From an uncultured Acidobacteriota bacterium (lineage in GTDB: Bacteria; Acidobacteriota; Thermoanaerobaculia; Multivoradales; UBA5704): 64,000 nt of DNA. Below the pieces are notes generated by a model. The model was not told where the DNA came from, ran no database searches, and was given only the letters and a program-made list of their open reading frames with translations. The stretch lies in assembly GCA_963700145.1 (NCBI GenBank), contig OY969474.1, positions 1,856,001 to 1,920,000 of the forward strand, in the 5' to 3' direction. This document shows positions 12,021-21,615 of the stretch, piece by piece. Made by a program: the position numbers and the translations under genes. Each line of letters begins with the position of its first letter. Position 1 is the first letter of the stretch.

Positions 12021-12464
12021 ATGGCGGTACGCAGTGCGAACGCGGCATGGGAGGGGGGGCTCAAGGACGGGCAGGGCACGATGGCGCTCGGGAGCGGCGC
12101 CTACGAAGGGCGGTACTCCTTCGGTTCCCGCTTCGAGGAGGCCCCGGGGAGCAACCCCGAGGAGCTCCTCGGCGCGGCGCTCGCCGGGTGCTACTCGATG
12201 GCCCTCGCCGGGGCGCTCGGCCGCGCCGGCTTCTCGCCGGAGCGGATCGCCACCGCGGCCAAGGTGCACATCGAGAAGCTTCCCGCGGGCGGCTTCGGCG
12301 TCACCCGGATCGAGCTCGACAGCGAGGCCCGCGTGCCGGGGATCGACGACGCGGCCTTCCAGGAGCAGGCGCGCCAGACCAAGGAGACCTGCCCGGTCTC
12401 GAAGGCGCTGGCAGCGGTCGAGATCGCGCTCAACGCGCGGCTGGCGACGACGCCCGGCACGTAG
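12021..12464 (+). CDS. osmC: OsmC family peroxiredoxin
   Basis: YSFGSRFE..PGSNPEELLGAALAGCYSMAL and KETCPVSKAL (two catalytic Cys); AAGGAG RBS. Confidence 0.93.
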   Translation: MAVRSANAAWEGGLKDGQGTMALGSGAYEGRYSFGSRFEEAPGSNPEELLGAALAGCYSMALAGALGRAGFSPERIATAAKVHIEKLPAGGFGVTRIELDSEARVPGIDDAAFQEQARQTKETCPVSKALAAVEIALNARLATTPGT

Positions 12465-12476
12465 GCCGGGCGCTAC
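12450..12476. repeat. GTAG-type REP-like palindrome, copy 2 (supplies the osmC stop codon)
   Basis: 27/27 identity with 3733-3759. Confidence 0.7.
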
Positions 12477-12513
12477 GCGGACGGCGAGCGGCGCCGCCCG
12501 GCGCCGCTTCGCC

Positions 12514-12542
12514 TTGACTTGACTTGCTTCGGGCTCTACTCT
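12514..12542 (+). promoter_or_regulatory. sigma70-type promoter for the bactofilin operon
   Basis: TTGACT(12514-12519)-N17-TACTCT(12537-12542), upstream of an AAGGAAGGAG RBS. Confidence 0.65.
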
Positions 12543-12580
12543 CACATTCCCAATCGTCGATAAGAAGGAAGGAGAGTCCC

Positions 12581-13222
12581 GTGGTCCAGTGGAAGAAGCC
12601 CGACAGCGATCCACCTGCGCCGGAGCCCGTCTCCGCCCCCCCGCGCGCTTCCTACGCCACCCCGAACCCCCCGCCCGCCACGACTGCTCCCACCGCCGCA
12701 CCGGCCCCGGCCGCGCGCGGCGAGCGCGCCACGATCGGCCCCTCCATCTTCATCAAGGGCGACTTGGCCGGCGAGGAGGACCTGATCATCGAAGGGCGCG
12801 TCGAAGGGCGCGTCGATCTGCGCCAGCACAACCTGACGGTCGGCAAGAACGGCCGCGTCAAGGCCGACCTCGTCGGCCGCGTCGTCACCGTCGAGGGCGA
12901 GGTGGACGGCAACGTCTTCGCCGAGGAGCAGGCGGTCGTCCGCACCTCGGGCACCGTGCACGGCAACATCACCTCGCCGCGGGTGACGCTCGAGGACGGC
13001 TCGAAGTTCAAGGGCTCGATCGACATGGAGACCAAGGCGCCGCCGCGCAGCGTGCAGGCGGCGGCCGGCGACCGGCCGCGCCGCGACGAGAGCGCCGCCC
13101 GCGAGGCGCCGCGCGACGCCACGCCCGGCACCGGCCCGGCCCGCGCGCCGGAGACCGCGACGGCGACCGCCGGGGCGGGCGCGGCGAGCGCCGGCGCCGC
13201 GGCGGCACGGACGACGGCCTGA
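12581..13222 (+). CDS. Bactofilin (polymer-forming cytoskeletal protein)
   Basis: ATIGPSIFIKGDLAGEEDLIIEGRVEG..VTVEGEVDGNV..VHGNITSPRVTLEDGSKFKGSIDM, flanked by Pro/Ala-rich tails. Confidence 0.92.
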   Translation: MVQWKKPDSDPPAPEPVSAPPRASYATPNPPPATTAPTAAPAPAARGERATIGPSIFIKGDLAGEEDLIIEGRVEGRVDLRQHNLTVGKNGRVKADLVGRVVTVEGEVDGNVFAEEQAVVRTSGTVHGNITSPRVTLEDGSKFKGSIDMETKAPPRSVQAAAGDRPRRDESAAREAPRDATPGTGPARAPETATATAGAGAASAGAAAARTTA

Positions 13223-13926
13223 TGAGCTGGCTCTCCGTCCTGCGCAAGCGCGAGGCTCCCGCCGCGCCCCAGGCGGCGCCGGAACTCCACCGCTCGCTCG
13301 CCTTCGCCGAGATGCTCGACGGCGTGCGGCCGGACCACAAGCTGCAGGTGCTCGACCTGGGGCCCGCGGTGGGCGGCAACGTCGAGTTCCTCCGCCGCTT
13401 CGACTGCAAGCTCTACATCGAGGACCTCTACGCCGCTCTCGCCGGCCGCTCGGCCGGCGAGGACGGCGTGCGCCACCAGGGGATCGAGGACCTGCTGCCG
13501 CTGCCGGAGACCGCCCGCTTCGACCTGGTCCTGGCCTGGGACCTCTTCAACTACCTCGAGCGCGAGGAGCTGCGGCGGCTGGTGCGCCACCTCGCCCGCT
13601 ACTGCCGGCCGGGGGCGGTGCTCCTCGCCATGGTCTCGATCCACAAGCAGATGCCGGCGCAGCCGATCCGCTTCCGCATCGTCGACGACCGGAGCCTGCT
13701 CTACGAGCTGCGCACGCCGCACCTGCGGCCGTCGCCGCGCTACGCCTCTTACGACCTCTCCGAGATGCTCGAGGGGTTCCACGTCGACCGTTCCTTCCTG
13801 CTGCGCCACGGCATCCAGGAGTACCTCTTCGTCCGCGAGGAGGACGAAGAGACCTGGGTGGCGAAGCCGGAGTGGATGGGCGAGGCAGCGGAGGCGGTCG
13901 CCGCCGCCCCGCCCGGCCCGCACTAG
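13222..13926 (+). CDS. Class I SAM-dependent methyltransferase-like protein
   Basis: TGATG coupling to the bactofilin gene; QVLDLGPA, FDLVLAWDLFNYL, CRPGAVL. Confidence 0.75.
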   Translation: MSWLSVLRKREAPAAPQAAPELHRSLAFAEMLDGVRPDHKLQVLDLGPAVGGNVEFLRRFDCKLYIEDLYAALAGRSAGEDGVRHQGIEDLLPLPETARFDLVLAWDLFNYLEREELRRLVRHLARYCRPGAVLLAMVSIHKQMPAQPIRFRIVDDRSLLYELRTPHLRPSPRYASYDLSEMLEGFHVDRSFLLRHGIQEYLFVREEDEETWVAKPEWMGEAAEAVAAAPPGPH

Positions 13927-13938
13927 CCGCCGGGAGCG

Positions 13939-14736
13939 CTACTGCCGCTGCCCCGCGAGCCCCGCGGGGATGAGCTCGATCTCTTCGTAGCCCGCCGGCA
14001 GCGCAAAGCTCGCGTCGGCGATGTCCGTGCGCTCCAGCGCGGTCACCTCCATCGTCGTGCGGGTGACCGTCTCCTTCCCCTTCTTCCCTTTCGTCGTGCT
14101 GACGGTCACGCTCTTGAGCGGGAACCCCTGCACCTTCTTCATCTCCGTCGCGATCAGCTTGTCGAGCTGCTCGTTGCCCGAGCGCGGCGAGGCGCGCAGC
14201 CAGACGCCGAGCCCGACGTCCTGGAGCTGGTCGGTCGTCCACAGGTCCTGCTCGGTGACCACGTCGGAGGTGTTGCCCATGCCCATCACCTTGACGGTCA
14301 CGGTGTAGCTGGTGCGGAACTTGGTGTGGCGGGTGGGGTGGCCGGCGACCCTGCCGCCGTCCTCGTCGGCGAGCTGCTGCACCTGCGGCTCCGAGAAGTC
14401 CATTTTTAGCAGCGACCCCATGGCGCCGCCGGTGAGCGCCCCGGCCATGCCGAGCATGGCCTGGAGGTCCCACTCGGCGTAGGTCTTCTCCTCGGGATCG
14501 ACGAGGTAAATGGTCTTGCCGCCGTCGCGGGTGAGCAGGTAGGTGCCGGCCTCGGTGATCGGCTGGTCGCTGTCGCGGAAGAGGATCTTGGCCTTCTCGC
14601 CGCTCACCCAGCCTTCGACCTTGGTGTTGCCGCCCTGACCGTCGGTCTTGGTGACGGCTTCGTAGCGGAACCCCGCGGCGGCCGGGAGGGCGGCCAGGAG
14701 CAGGAGGGCGGCGAAAGACGACAGGGTACGACGCAT
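13939..14736 (-). CDS. Secreted DUF4412-like protein
   Basis: Signal peptide MRRTLSSFAALLLLAALPAAA; IYLVDPEEKTY, GFPLKSVT, FALPAGY; GGAGG RBS. Confidence 0.75.
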   Translation of the reverse strand: MRRTLSSFAALLLLAALPAAAGFRYEAVTKTDGQGGNTKVEGWVSGEKAKILFRDSDQPITEAGTYLLTRDGGKTIYLVDPEEKTYAEWDLQAMLGMAGALTGGAMGSLLKMDFSEPQVQQLADEDGGRVAGHPTRHTKFRTSYTVTVKVMGMGNTSDVVTEQDLWTTDQLQDVGLGVWLRASPRSGNEQLDKLIATEMKKVQGFPLKSVTVSTTKGKKGKETVTRTTMEVTALERTDIADASFALPAGYEEIELIPAGLAGQRQ

Positions 14737-14847
14737 CGTGAGACCTCCGTCTGAGTTCGAGGCGGATTCTCGCACAGCGCCCCCGCGGCGAGGGGGAATT
14801 CGCCCGCCGCCGGGCGTCTTACACTCTTCACTCCGGAGGACGCCCGT

Positions 14848-16059
14848 ATGGCCGCCGACCGATCCACCTCCGAGCGCCCCGCCCCGCCCTCCGACCGCCT
14901 CCGCCGTGCCCTCCAGCTCCTCGCCGAAGAGGCGCGCGAGCGGGTGGAGCGCCATCCGCTGGGGCACCTGCTGCGCGGCCGCGGCGACGCCCTGGAGCTG
15001 CGGCTGGCGCTGCCCAGCGCGCTCCGCCCCGGCGGCCTCGACAAGGTGGCCGCGGAAGCCGCCGACGCTCTGCGGGAGGCGATCCAGGGGCTCCTCGAGC
15101 ACCGCGCCGTCCTGCGCCCCGGGCGGGTCGTCTGCCTGCGCTGCGGCGGCGCCGACTGCGGCCACGCCGCGCCGGCCGCGCCGCGGCAGGTCTTCGCGGG
15201 GTACGGCCCGACCGGCCTCCCCCGCTTCCTCGACTTGGGCGCCTGGCTCCTCGAGCGGCACGACCCCCGGGTCGACCTCCTCTACCGCCAGCCGCCGCCG
15301 CTGCTCGCCGCGGTGGCGACGGGCGCCGAGCTGACCGGAGGGCTCCTCCCGCCCTTCCGCGCCGGCACCGCCGGCTCCTTTCGCCTGCACGGCCAGGTGG
15401 CGGCCGGCTGGTACGCCGGGCCGGGCGCGGGGGGCGCGCCGGAGGCACTGGCGGTGACGCTGCAGGTGGTCTCCTCGCGGGCGACACGCGGCCCGCGGCG
15501 CTACGGCGTCAACGTCCTCGGCGTCGGGCCGCAGGGCGAGCCGCTGGAGCACCTCTGGGACCGCATCGGGGAGATCCCGTGGAGCGACGCCGTGCGCTGG
15601 GCGCAGGCAGCGCTCGACGGCCTCGCCCGCTTGCGCGTCGCGCAGGCGGACGACGGCGCCGAGGTGGCGGCGCGGCTCGACGGCATCCTCCACGGCCTGG
15701 CGCGCCGCCTGGAGAAGGGGCGCCGGGCGCGCGAGCGCAAGACCCGCCACGCCCGCGAGCGCCACGCCGGCGGCGACCGCCCGACGCGCATGGCGCTCGC
15801 CGACCTGGCGCGCGCGCCGCTCGCCGAGGTGCTGGTGGACACCCGCAGCGCCGTCCTCGTCGTCCTCGGCGACCGCGGCCGCGCCCACCTCTTCAGCCCC
15901 GAGGGCCGGCTCGTCACCTCGATCCGCTACGCCCCCGCCGCCATCGAGCGCCGCCGCAAGAGCGGCCTCTGGCGCCCCGCCGACCGCGGCGAGGTCGACC
16001 TCCTCCGCGCCCGTGTCGAAGAAGCGGCGGCCCTGGAACGGGAGCCGGCGGCGGGGTGA
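14848..16059 (+). CDS. Hypothetical protein with a CxxC-x4-CxH zinc-binding motif
   Basis: GGAGG RBS; PGRVVCLRCGGADCGHAAP..RQVFAGY..TG.P; C-terminal GRAHLFSPEGRLVTS. Confidence 0.7.
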   Translation: MAADRSTSERPAPPSDRLRRALQLLAEEARERVERHPLGHLLRGRGDALELRLALPSALRPGGLDKVAAEAADALREAIQGLLEHRAVLRPGRVVCLRCGGADCGHAAPAAPRQVFAGYGPTGLPRFLDLGAWLLERHDPRVDLLYRQPPPLLAAVATGAELTGGLLPPFRAGTAGSFRLHGQVAAGWYAGPGAGGAPEALAVTLQVVSSRATRGPRRYGVNVLGVGPQGEPLEHLWDRIGEIPWSDAVRWAQAALDGLARLRVAQADDGAEVAARLDGILHGLARRLEKGRRARERKTRHARERHAGGDRPTRMALADLARAPLAEVLVDTRSAVLVVLGDRGRAHLFSPEGRLVTSIRYAPAAIERRRKSGLWRPADRGEVDLLRARVEEAAALEREPAAG

Positions 16060-16637
16060 GCGGCAGAGGGCAGGCGGCGCTCCGCGCCGGTGCGCTCGCC
16101 GTCGCCCTCGCGGCCGGCGGGGCGCAGGTGCATCTCGAGCCTTCCCGCGCCGCGAGTGGCACCCGCGAGGGTGTCGGCACGGGCGTCGTGGACTTCCCGC
16201 CCGAGCGGGTGTTCCGCGCCGTCGCCGATCTGGAGCACTGGGAAGAGTGGGTGCCGTTCCTGGTCGAGGCCGGCGCGCGGCGGCTGCCGGACGGCAGGAT
16301 CGAGAGCGCGCAGCGGCTGGAGGCGCCGGCGCTCGGCCGGCCGCTGGTCTTCACGGTGCGCGCGCGAGCCGAGGTCGCGGGCGAAGGCCGCGCCCGCCGC
16401 TGGACGCTCACCTGGAGCCACGTCCCCGGCTCCGGCAACGTCGCCGGCCACCGCGGCTCCTGGACCCTCGCCGAGCACTCCCCCGGCCGCACCCTCGCCA
16501 CCTGTCGCCTCTTCACCGACCCCGGCGGCGACACCCCCGCCTGGGCCATGAACCAGGCCACCCGCAAGATGATCGCCTGGATGTTCGACTCCCTGCCGCT
16601 CCAGACCAACCGCGGCCGGTATCAGGAAAGAGAGTGA
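16056..16637 (+). CDS. SRPBCC/START-fold protein
   Basis: GTGA overlap with the upstream gene; PPERVFRAVADLEHWEEWVPFL, GSWTL, TDPGGDTPAW. Confidence 0.7.
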   Translation: MSGRGQAALRAGALAVALAAGGAQVHLEPSRAASGTREGVGTGVVDFPPERVFRAVADLEHWEEWVPFLVEAGARRLPDGRIESAQRLEAPALGRPLVFTVRARAEVAGEGRARRWTLTWSHVPGSGNVAGHRGSWTLAEHSPGRTLATCRLFTDPGGDTPAWAMNQATRKMIAWMFDSLPLQTNRGRYQERE

Positions 16638-16639
16638 GG

Positions 16640-16810
16640 CGACTTCCTCCTAGCCGTCGATCGCGCCGCGCGGCGCGCCGGGAGACCCGGAATCGATCCG
16701 TGACACGCGTGCTCGAAGAGGCTGTTCGAGCCCAACGCGATGCATGCCTCACGCAGCGGCTGAACGAGCTTTTCGCCGATCCTGGGCTCGTCGAGGACAG
16801 ACCCGCGTAG
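16640..16810 (+). pseudogene. Possible degraded ribbon-helix-helix antitoxin remnant
   Basis: Fragments AVDRAARR / NRS..VLEEAVRAQRDA.LTQRLNELFAD lie in shifted frames; there is no clean start. Confidence 0.3.
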
Positions 16811-17032
16811 CGGGGGAGCTCGACGCGGCCGGCACCGATTGGAGCGACGAGCGCTGGTGATCCACGCCACCGAGCGGCCTGCCGGAGGCGCTGCTCAGGC
16901 GACGGGCGTCGCCGGGTAATCTGTCGCGCTTCCCTCGTACTGCGACACTGCATCACCGAAAGGAGGAGGACTCGGCACGGAGGTGGTGCGGGAGGTGACG
17001 CTGAAGCCGATCCCGTAACGCGACCGGGCCTC

Positions 17033-17305
17033 AGGATGATCTTCCCGGGTGTCCGGATCATCTGCCGGAGCGCCGGGATGATCTTCCCAGGCGTCGGGAT
17101 GATTAGCCGGAGTGCCGGGAACATCAACCGGGTTGCCGGGATGATCTTCCCAGCTCTCGGGATGATTTGCCGGAGCGTCGGGATGATTAGCCGAGGTCTC
17201 GGGATGATCAGCCGGACTCTCAGGATTATTAGCCGGAGACTCGGGATGATCTTCCCGAGTGCCGGGATCATCATCCCGAGCGCCGGGAATGCTTTCCGGA
17301 GCGTC
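17033..17305. repeat. Tandem array of 13 degenerate 21-bp units
   Basis: Units such as GGGATGATCTTCCCAGGCGTC, GGGATGATTAGCCGGAGTGCC and GGGATGATTTGCCGGAGCGTC repeat at an exact 21-nt period. Confidence 0.9.
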
Positions 17306-17321
17306 CGGCCTGTCTTTCGCC

Positions 17322-17795
17322 CTACCCGAATTCCCCCCGCACGACCCGCCCCAGCCTTTCCACGGCCTCCTGCAGCATCTCCGGGGCGCAGTTGGTGAAG
17401 TTGAGCCGCAGGGCGTTGCGGGCGCCGCGGCCGTCGAGGGTGAAGGCGGCGCCGGGGACGAAGACGACCTGCTCGCGCTCGACGGCGGCGCGTAGCAGGT
17501 CAACGGTGTCGATGCCGCGCGGCAGCTCGACCCAGACGAACATGCCGGCGCTCGGGCTCCCCCAGCGGGTGCCCGCCGGCAGGTGCCGCGCCAGCGCGCC
17601 CAGGAGCGCCGCGCGGCGCGCGCCGTACTCGCGCCACAGCCGCGGCAGGTAGAGCACCCAGTCCGCGTCGAGGGCGCGCAGCGGCGGCACCGGCCGCTCG
17701 CCGTACCAGAGGAAGCCGTACGGGTCGTCCTCGACGATCGGCACCTCGTAGCGCCGCGCCAGCTCGACCAGCCGCTCGCGCGCCGCCGGCCCGCC
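17322..17795 (-). pseudogene. Truncated class I PLP aminotransferase (MocR/aminoadipate type) fragment
   Basis: RERLVELARRYEVPIVEDDPYG..VLYL joins directly to the C-terminal part (GMFVWVEL, FVPGAAF, LRLNF). The N-terminus and the PLP-lysine (SFSK) segment are missing. Confidence 0.75.
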
Positions 17796-17804
17796 GCGGC
17801 GACG

Positions 17805-20120
17805 TCAGAGGAGAAAGGCATAGCCCACCTTGGCGAAGAACGTGCGGTCGGTCTGGGTGAGGTCGATCTCCCGCAGCCCCTGGCGGGTGTCGGTATAGCC
17901 CAGGAAGAGGACGGTCTGCGGGTTGAGCCGCCAGGAAAAGAGGAGCTGCGAGAAGACCCGTTCGCTCTCCGGCTCGACGCGGAAGGTGTAGAGGCCGGGG
18001 TCGCGGGTGATGTCGGTGCGCTGGACGATGGCGCGCACCGCCGTCCGCACGTCGAACTGGTAGACCAGCCGGAGCTGCGAGAGGTGCGCCTCGAAGAGCT
18101 CGCCGCCCGCGACGTCGAGCCACTGCGCCTGGTGCGAGACGTTCGCCGAGAGCCGCCGCCCCAGCCGCCACTGCAGCGCCGGCGTCAGCGACAGCACCTC
18201 GCCCGGGCGGACGTTGTCCACGTCCACCTCGTCGCCGGCGCGGCCGGAGAGCGTCAGCCGCAAGTTGCCGCTGGGGCTCGCCTGGAAAAACCAGCGCAGG
18301 CGGTCGAGCTCGAAGCTGGTGCCGCCGACCAACTCGCGCGTCCTTTCCGCGATCAGCTCGACCGTCGATTGCAGCGCCCCCTGCCAGGTGCCGAAGAGCT
18401 CGAAGGTCTCGTCGGTCAGCCGGCCGCCGTGGTCCTCGGTGCGCAGGCCGCGCAGGCCGGCGTCGATCCGCGTGTACCAGCCGCCGCGCTTGCCGTGCAG
18501 GATGCGCTGGAGCGTGGCCTCGGCGGTCTTGATGTCCACCCGCGGCACGAAGCCGCTGTCGGCGCGGAAGGCCGGGTCGAGGTCGGTGTAGCCGATCGAG
18601 GCGCGCCAGGTCCTGGCCAGGTGCTCGTAGTGCGCGAGGAACCCTTCGCCGCCGAGCTCGTCGAGCGACTGGCGGCGCCGCCGCGCCACCGCCTCAGGGT
18701 AGAGGGTCTCGGAGTGCACGGCCTGGAAGCGCAGGGAGTCGGAGTCCGTGAAGTTGATCTGGCCGTCCACCCCGAGGAGACGGTTGTGGTAGTCGTCCCC
18801 TTCGCGCCCGGTGTAGAGGACACCCAGGAGCGACCGCGCGCCGACGTCGCGGCGGTAGCGGAAGACGCCGCTCGTCACCTCCGTCGCGAGCACCTCGAGA
18901 GCGGAGGCCTGGTTCGAGGGGATGAGCAGGCTGTTGCGGTCGTCCTCGGCGAGGAAGACGCCGAAGGCGCTCCCCCCCTCCTTGCCGGTGAGCTTCACCC
19001 CCCAGGCCGGATCGACCAGCGTGCGGGTGAAGACCGCCTCCAACGGCGTGGTGAAGAAGTCCGCGCCCTCGAGGAAGAAGGGGCGCTTTTCGGGAAAAAA
19101 GAGGGCGAAGCGGGTGTTGACCTCGAGCTGCGCCGAGTCCGCCTCGACCTGCGAGAAGTCCGGGTTGGCGGTGGCGTTCAGGCTCAGGTTCGAGGTGATG
19201 CCCCAGCGCGCCGAGAGCCCGGGCTCGAGGTCCTCGTCGCCCGCCACCAGGTCGCCGCGCAGCGGCACCGCCTGGCGGTCGGTGCGCAGCGCCGTCGCCG
19301 TCGGCGCGATCTCCAGGTTCCGCCCCGAAGAGACGCCGGCGAAGCCGGTGAGCTTGTTCTCGCCGCAGAGCTGGCAGCGCTTGGCACGGAGGTTGAGCTT
19401 CGAGGAGATGCGGTGGACGACGTTGCGCGGATAGGAGCGGAAGGCGAAGAACCCCCAGGTCTGCGCGCCGTGCGTGCGCGGGAAGCGGAGCTGCTGGAAA
19501 GGGACCGCGAACTCGGCCGTCCAGCCCTCGGCGGAGGGGCGCGCGGCGGCGTCCCAGATGGCGTCCCAGGTGGTGTCGGTCACCCGGTCCACCTCGCTGA
19601 AGGAGGCGTCGAACTGCACGCCCAGCGGGTTGACGCGGAACTGGAAGCCGCGGCGCTCGTCGTTGAACGGGTCGAGCTGGAAGCCGACGTAGTCGTCCTG
19701 GAGGAAGCCGTTGATGTTGTCGCGCTCCATCAGGTGGGCGCGGACCGCCTCGGGCTTCGGGTCGCCGACGCGGAAGGCGACGTAGAGCCGGCGGTCGTCG
19801 AAGGTCACCAGGCACTCGGTCGCAACCGGCGGCGGCACGTTGTCGCCGGGGAAGAACTCGTACGGCAGGTCGATCACGGTGGCCGCCGACCAGGCAGGCT
19901 CGTCGAGGTGGCCGTCGATCCGCACCTCGGAAACGGCGGGAGCGACCTCGAAGTGGCGGGAGGCGGGCGGCTCGGCCGCGGCCGGCGCCGGCGTCGGAGC
20001 AGGCGCCGGGACCACCGTCGGCGGGACCGGCGGCTGCGCCGGCGGCGCCTCCTGGCCGACGGCCGGCGCGGCGGCGAGCAGCAGCGGGAGGAGGGCGCGG
20101 GCGAAGCGGCGCCGGCGCAT
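17805..20120 (-). CDS. CBM9-like plus DUF5916-like outer-membrane protein
   Basis: Signal peptide; IDGHLDEPAW, FRVNPLGVQFD, AEFAVPFQQLRF, ANPDFSQVEAD, FFPEKRPFFLEG; C-terminal FFAKVGYAF beta-signal-like end. Confidence 0.85.
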   Translation of the reverse strand: MRRRRFARALLPLLLAAAPAVGQEAPPAQPPVPPTVVPAPAPTPAPAAAEPPASRHFEVAPAVSEVRIDGHLDEPAWSAATVIDLPYEFFPGDNVPPPVATECLVTFDDRRLYVAFRVGDPKPEAVRAHLMERDNINGFLQDDYVGFQLDPFNDERRGFQFRVNPLGVQFDASFSEVDRVTDTTWDAIWDAAARPSAEGWTAEFAVPFQQLRFPRTHGAQTWGFFAFRSYPRNVVHRISSKLNLRAKRCQLCGENKLTGFAGVSSGRNLEIAPTATALRTDRQAVPLRGDLVAGDEDLEPGLSARWGITSNLSLNATANPDFSQVEADSAQLEVNTRFALFFPEKRPFFLEGADFFTTPLEAVFTRTLVDPAWGVKLTGKEGGSAFGVFLAEDDRNSLLIPSNQASALEVLATEVTSGVFRYRRDVGARSLLGVLYTGREGDDYHNRLLGVDGQINFTDSDSLRFQAVHSETLYPEAVARRRRQSLDELGGEGFLAHYEHLARTWRASIGYTDLDPAFRADSGFVPRVDIKTAEATLQRILHGKRGGWYTRIDAGLRGLRTEDHGGRLTDETFELFGTWQGALQSTVELIAERTRELVGGTSFELDRLRWFFQASPSGNLRLTLSGRAGDEVDVDNVRPGEVLSLTPALQWRLGRRLSANVSHQAQWLDVAGGELFEAHLSQLRLVYQFDVRTAVRAIVQRTDITRDPGLYTFRVEPESERVFSQLLFSWRLNPQTVLFLGYTDTRQGLREIDLTQTDRTFFAKVGYAFLL

Positions 20121-20122
20121 CG

Positions 20123-21511
20123 TCAGGCGCCGGCCGGCGCCTCCTCCGCGGCCCGCTCGTCCGGCAGGGGTTCCGGGGCCCGCTCCTCGCGCGCCGGCGG
20201 CTTGTCCCCCACCCGGTCGGGGAGCTCCTCCTCGACGTTGCGCAGCCGCGGGTAGAGGTAGCCCCAGGTCGAGACCGCGAGCGGCAGGATCGCCATCAGG
20301 ATGAAGATCAACGCCATGCCGCGGCCGGGCCCGACGCCGATCAGGCGGCCGACGCTGCCGGCGAGCGCGCCGCCGGGGGCGAGCAGCGGCTCGAACACGC
20401 GGTCGGCGAGCGGGCCGGCGATCAGGTAGCCGAGCGGAGCGGTGAGCTGCGCCGCCATGCGCCGCACCGCGAAGATCCGCCCCTGCATGTCGGCCGGCAC
20501 CTTGCGCTGCCAGATCGCCTGGCTCGAGCCGTTGATGATCGGCACGCCGAGCATCTTGAGGAACGAGGCGGCGGCGATGAGCGGGGCGTACGGGCGGGCG
20601 CCGGTGAGCAGCAGGGCGAGGCCGAAGAGGTAGCCGTAGCCGAGGACGCCGTGGATCTGCCGCCGCGGTCCGCCGGTGAGCGTCATCACGAGGCTGCCGG
20701 CGAACAGGCCGGCGCTCGACACCGCGAGGACGCGGCCGAGGAGCTTCGGGTCGCTGCCGGGCAGCGAGAGGACCATCGGGATGAGGAGCACCGTCCCGAC
20801 CGAGAGGATCAGGTTCATCAGCGCGAAGTAGAGGAGCAGGCCGACGAGCCCCGGCCGCGTGCGGATGAAGCTCCAGCCGGAGCCCGCCTCGCGCCAGAGC
20901 GACCCGCGGGCGGCCCGGCCCTCGGCCGAGGTCTCGGGGTCGGGGATGCGCACCAGGAAGAGAGTCGCGGCGGCGATCAGGAAGGTCGCGAAGTCGATGA
21001 AGATGACGCCGGCCAGGCCGATCTCGACGACCAGCAGGCCGGCCAGGACCGGTGCCACCACCTCGGAGGCGGCGGCGCCGAGCTGCATCATGCCGCTGAC
21101 CCGCCCGAACTGCCGCTTGGGCACGAGGAGGGTGGTCGCCGCGGTGTAGGCCGGCCACTGGATGTGGTTGAAGATCGAGCCCACGCCGACGAGCAGGTAG
21201 ATGTGCCAGAGCTCGAGGGCCTCGGCGCGGAAGAGCAGGGCGATGACGACGGTGCAGAGGGCGGCGCCGAAGTCGGAGAGGAGGAGCGCCCAGCGCCGGT
21301 TCCAGCGGTCCACGAGGGCGCCGAGGAAGGGCGCGACGAGGAGACCGGGCAGCGAGGCGAAAAGGGCGATGAGGGCGAACTTGGTCGCCGAGCCGGTCTG
21401 CTGGTAGACCCAGACGCCGAGCGCGAAGCGGGTGAGCCCCGAGCCGACGAGGGAGACGAGCTGCCCCCCCCACATGGCTCCGAACGCCCGCATCGACGTG
21501 AGACGACCCAT
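20123..21511 (-). CDS. MFS transporter (DHA3/MefA-like)
   Basis: WGGQLVSLVGSGLTRFALGVWVY, GALVDRWNRR, QRKVPADMQGRIF; about 12 hydrophobic segments; GGAGGAGG RBS. Confidence 0.9.
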   Translation of the reverse strand: MGRLTSMRAFGAMWGGQLVSLVGSGLTRFALGVWVYQQTGSATKFALIALFASLPGLLVAPFLGALVDRWNRRWALLLSDFGAALCTVVIALLFRAEALELWHIYLLVGVGSIFNHIQWPAYTAATTLLVPKRQFGRVSGMMQLGAAASEVVAPVLAGLLVVEIGLAGVIFIDFATFLIAAATLFLVRIPDPETSAEGRAARGSLWREAGSGWSFIRTRPGLVGLLLYFALMNLILSVGTVLLIPMVLSLPGSDPKLLGRVLAVSSAGLFAGSLVMTLTGGPRRQIHGVLGYGYLFGLALLLTGARPYAPLIAAASFLKMLGVPIINGSSQAIWQRKVPADMQGRIFAVRRMAAQLTAPLGYLIAGPLADRVFEPLLAPGGALAGSVGRLIGVGPGRGMALIFILMAILPLAVSTWGYLYPRLRNVEEELPDRVGDKPPAREERAPEPLPDERAAEEAPAGA

Positions 21512-21615
21512 CCCCACCTCCTCCGGAGGGCTCCGATGCTCCAGTGAGGCGGCGGCGGGGAAAGGGGACAGGCGGGGGCGCTCGCCGGCCCCCGCCGAGC
21601 TGATAGAAACCGCGC

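Noticed and set aside
17033-17305. Possible CRISPR array (also 42171-42422)
   Set aside because: The units are contiguous degenerate 21-mers with no unique spacers, and no cas genes are in the window.
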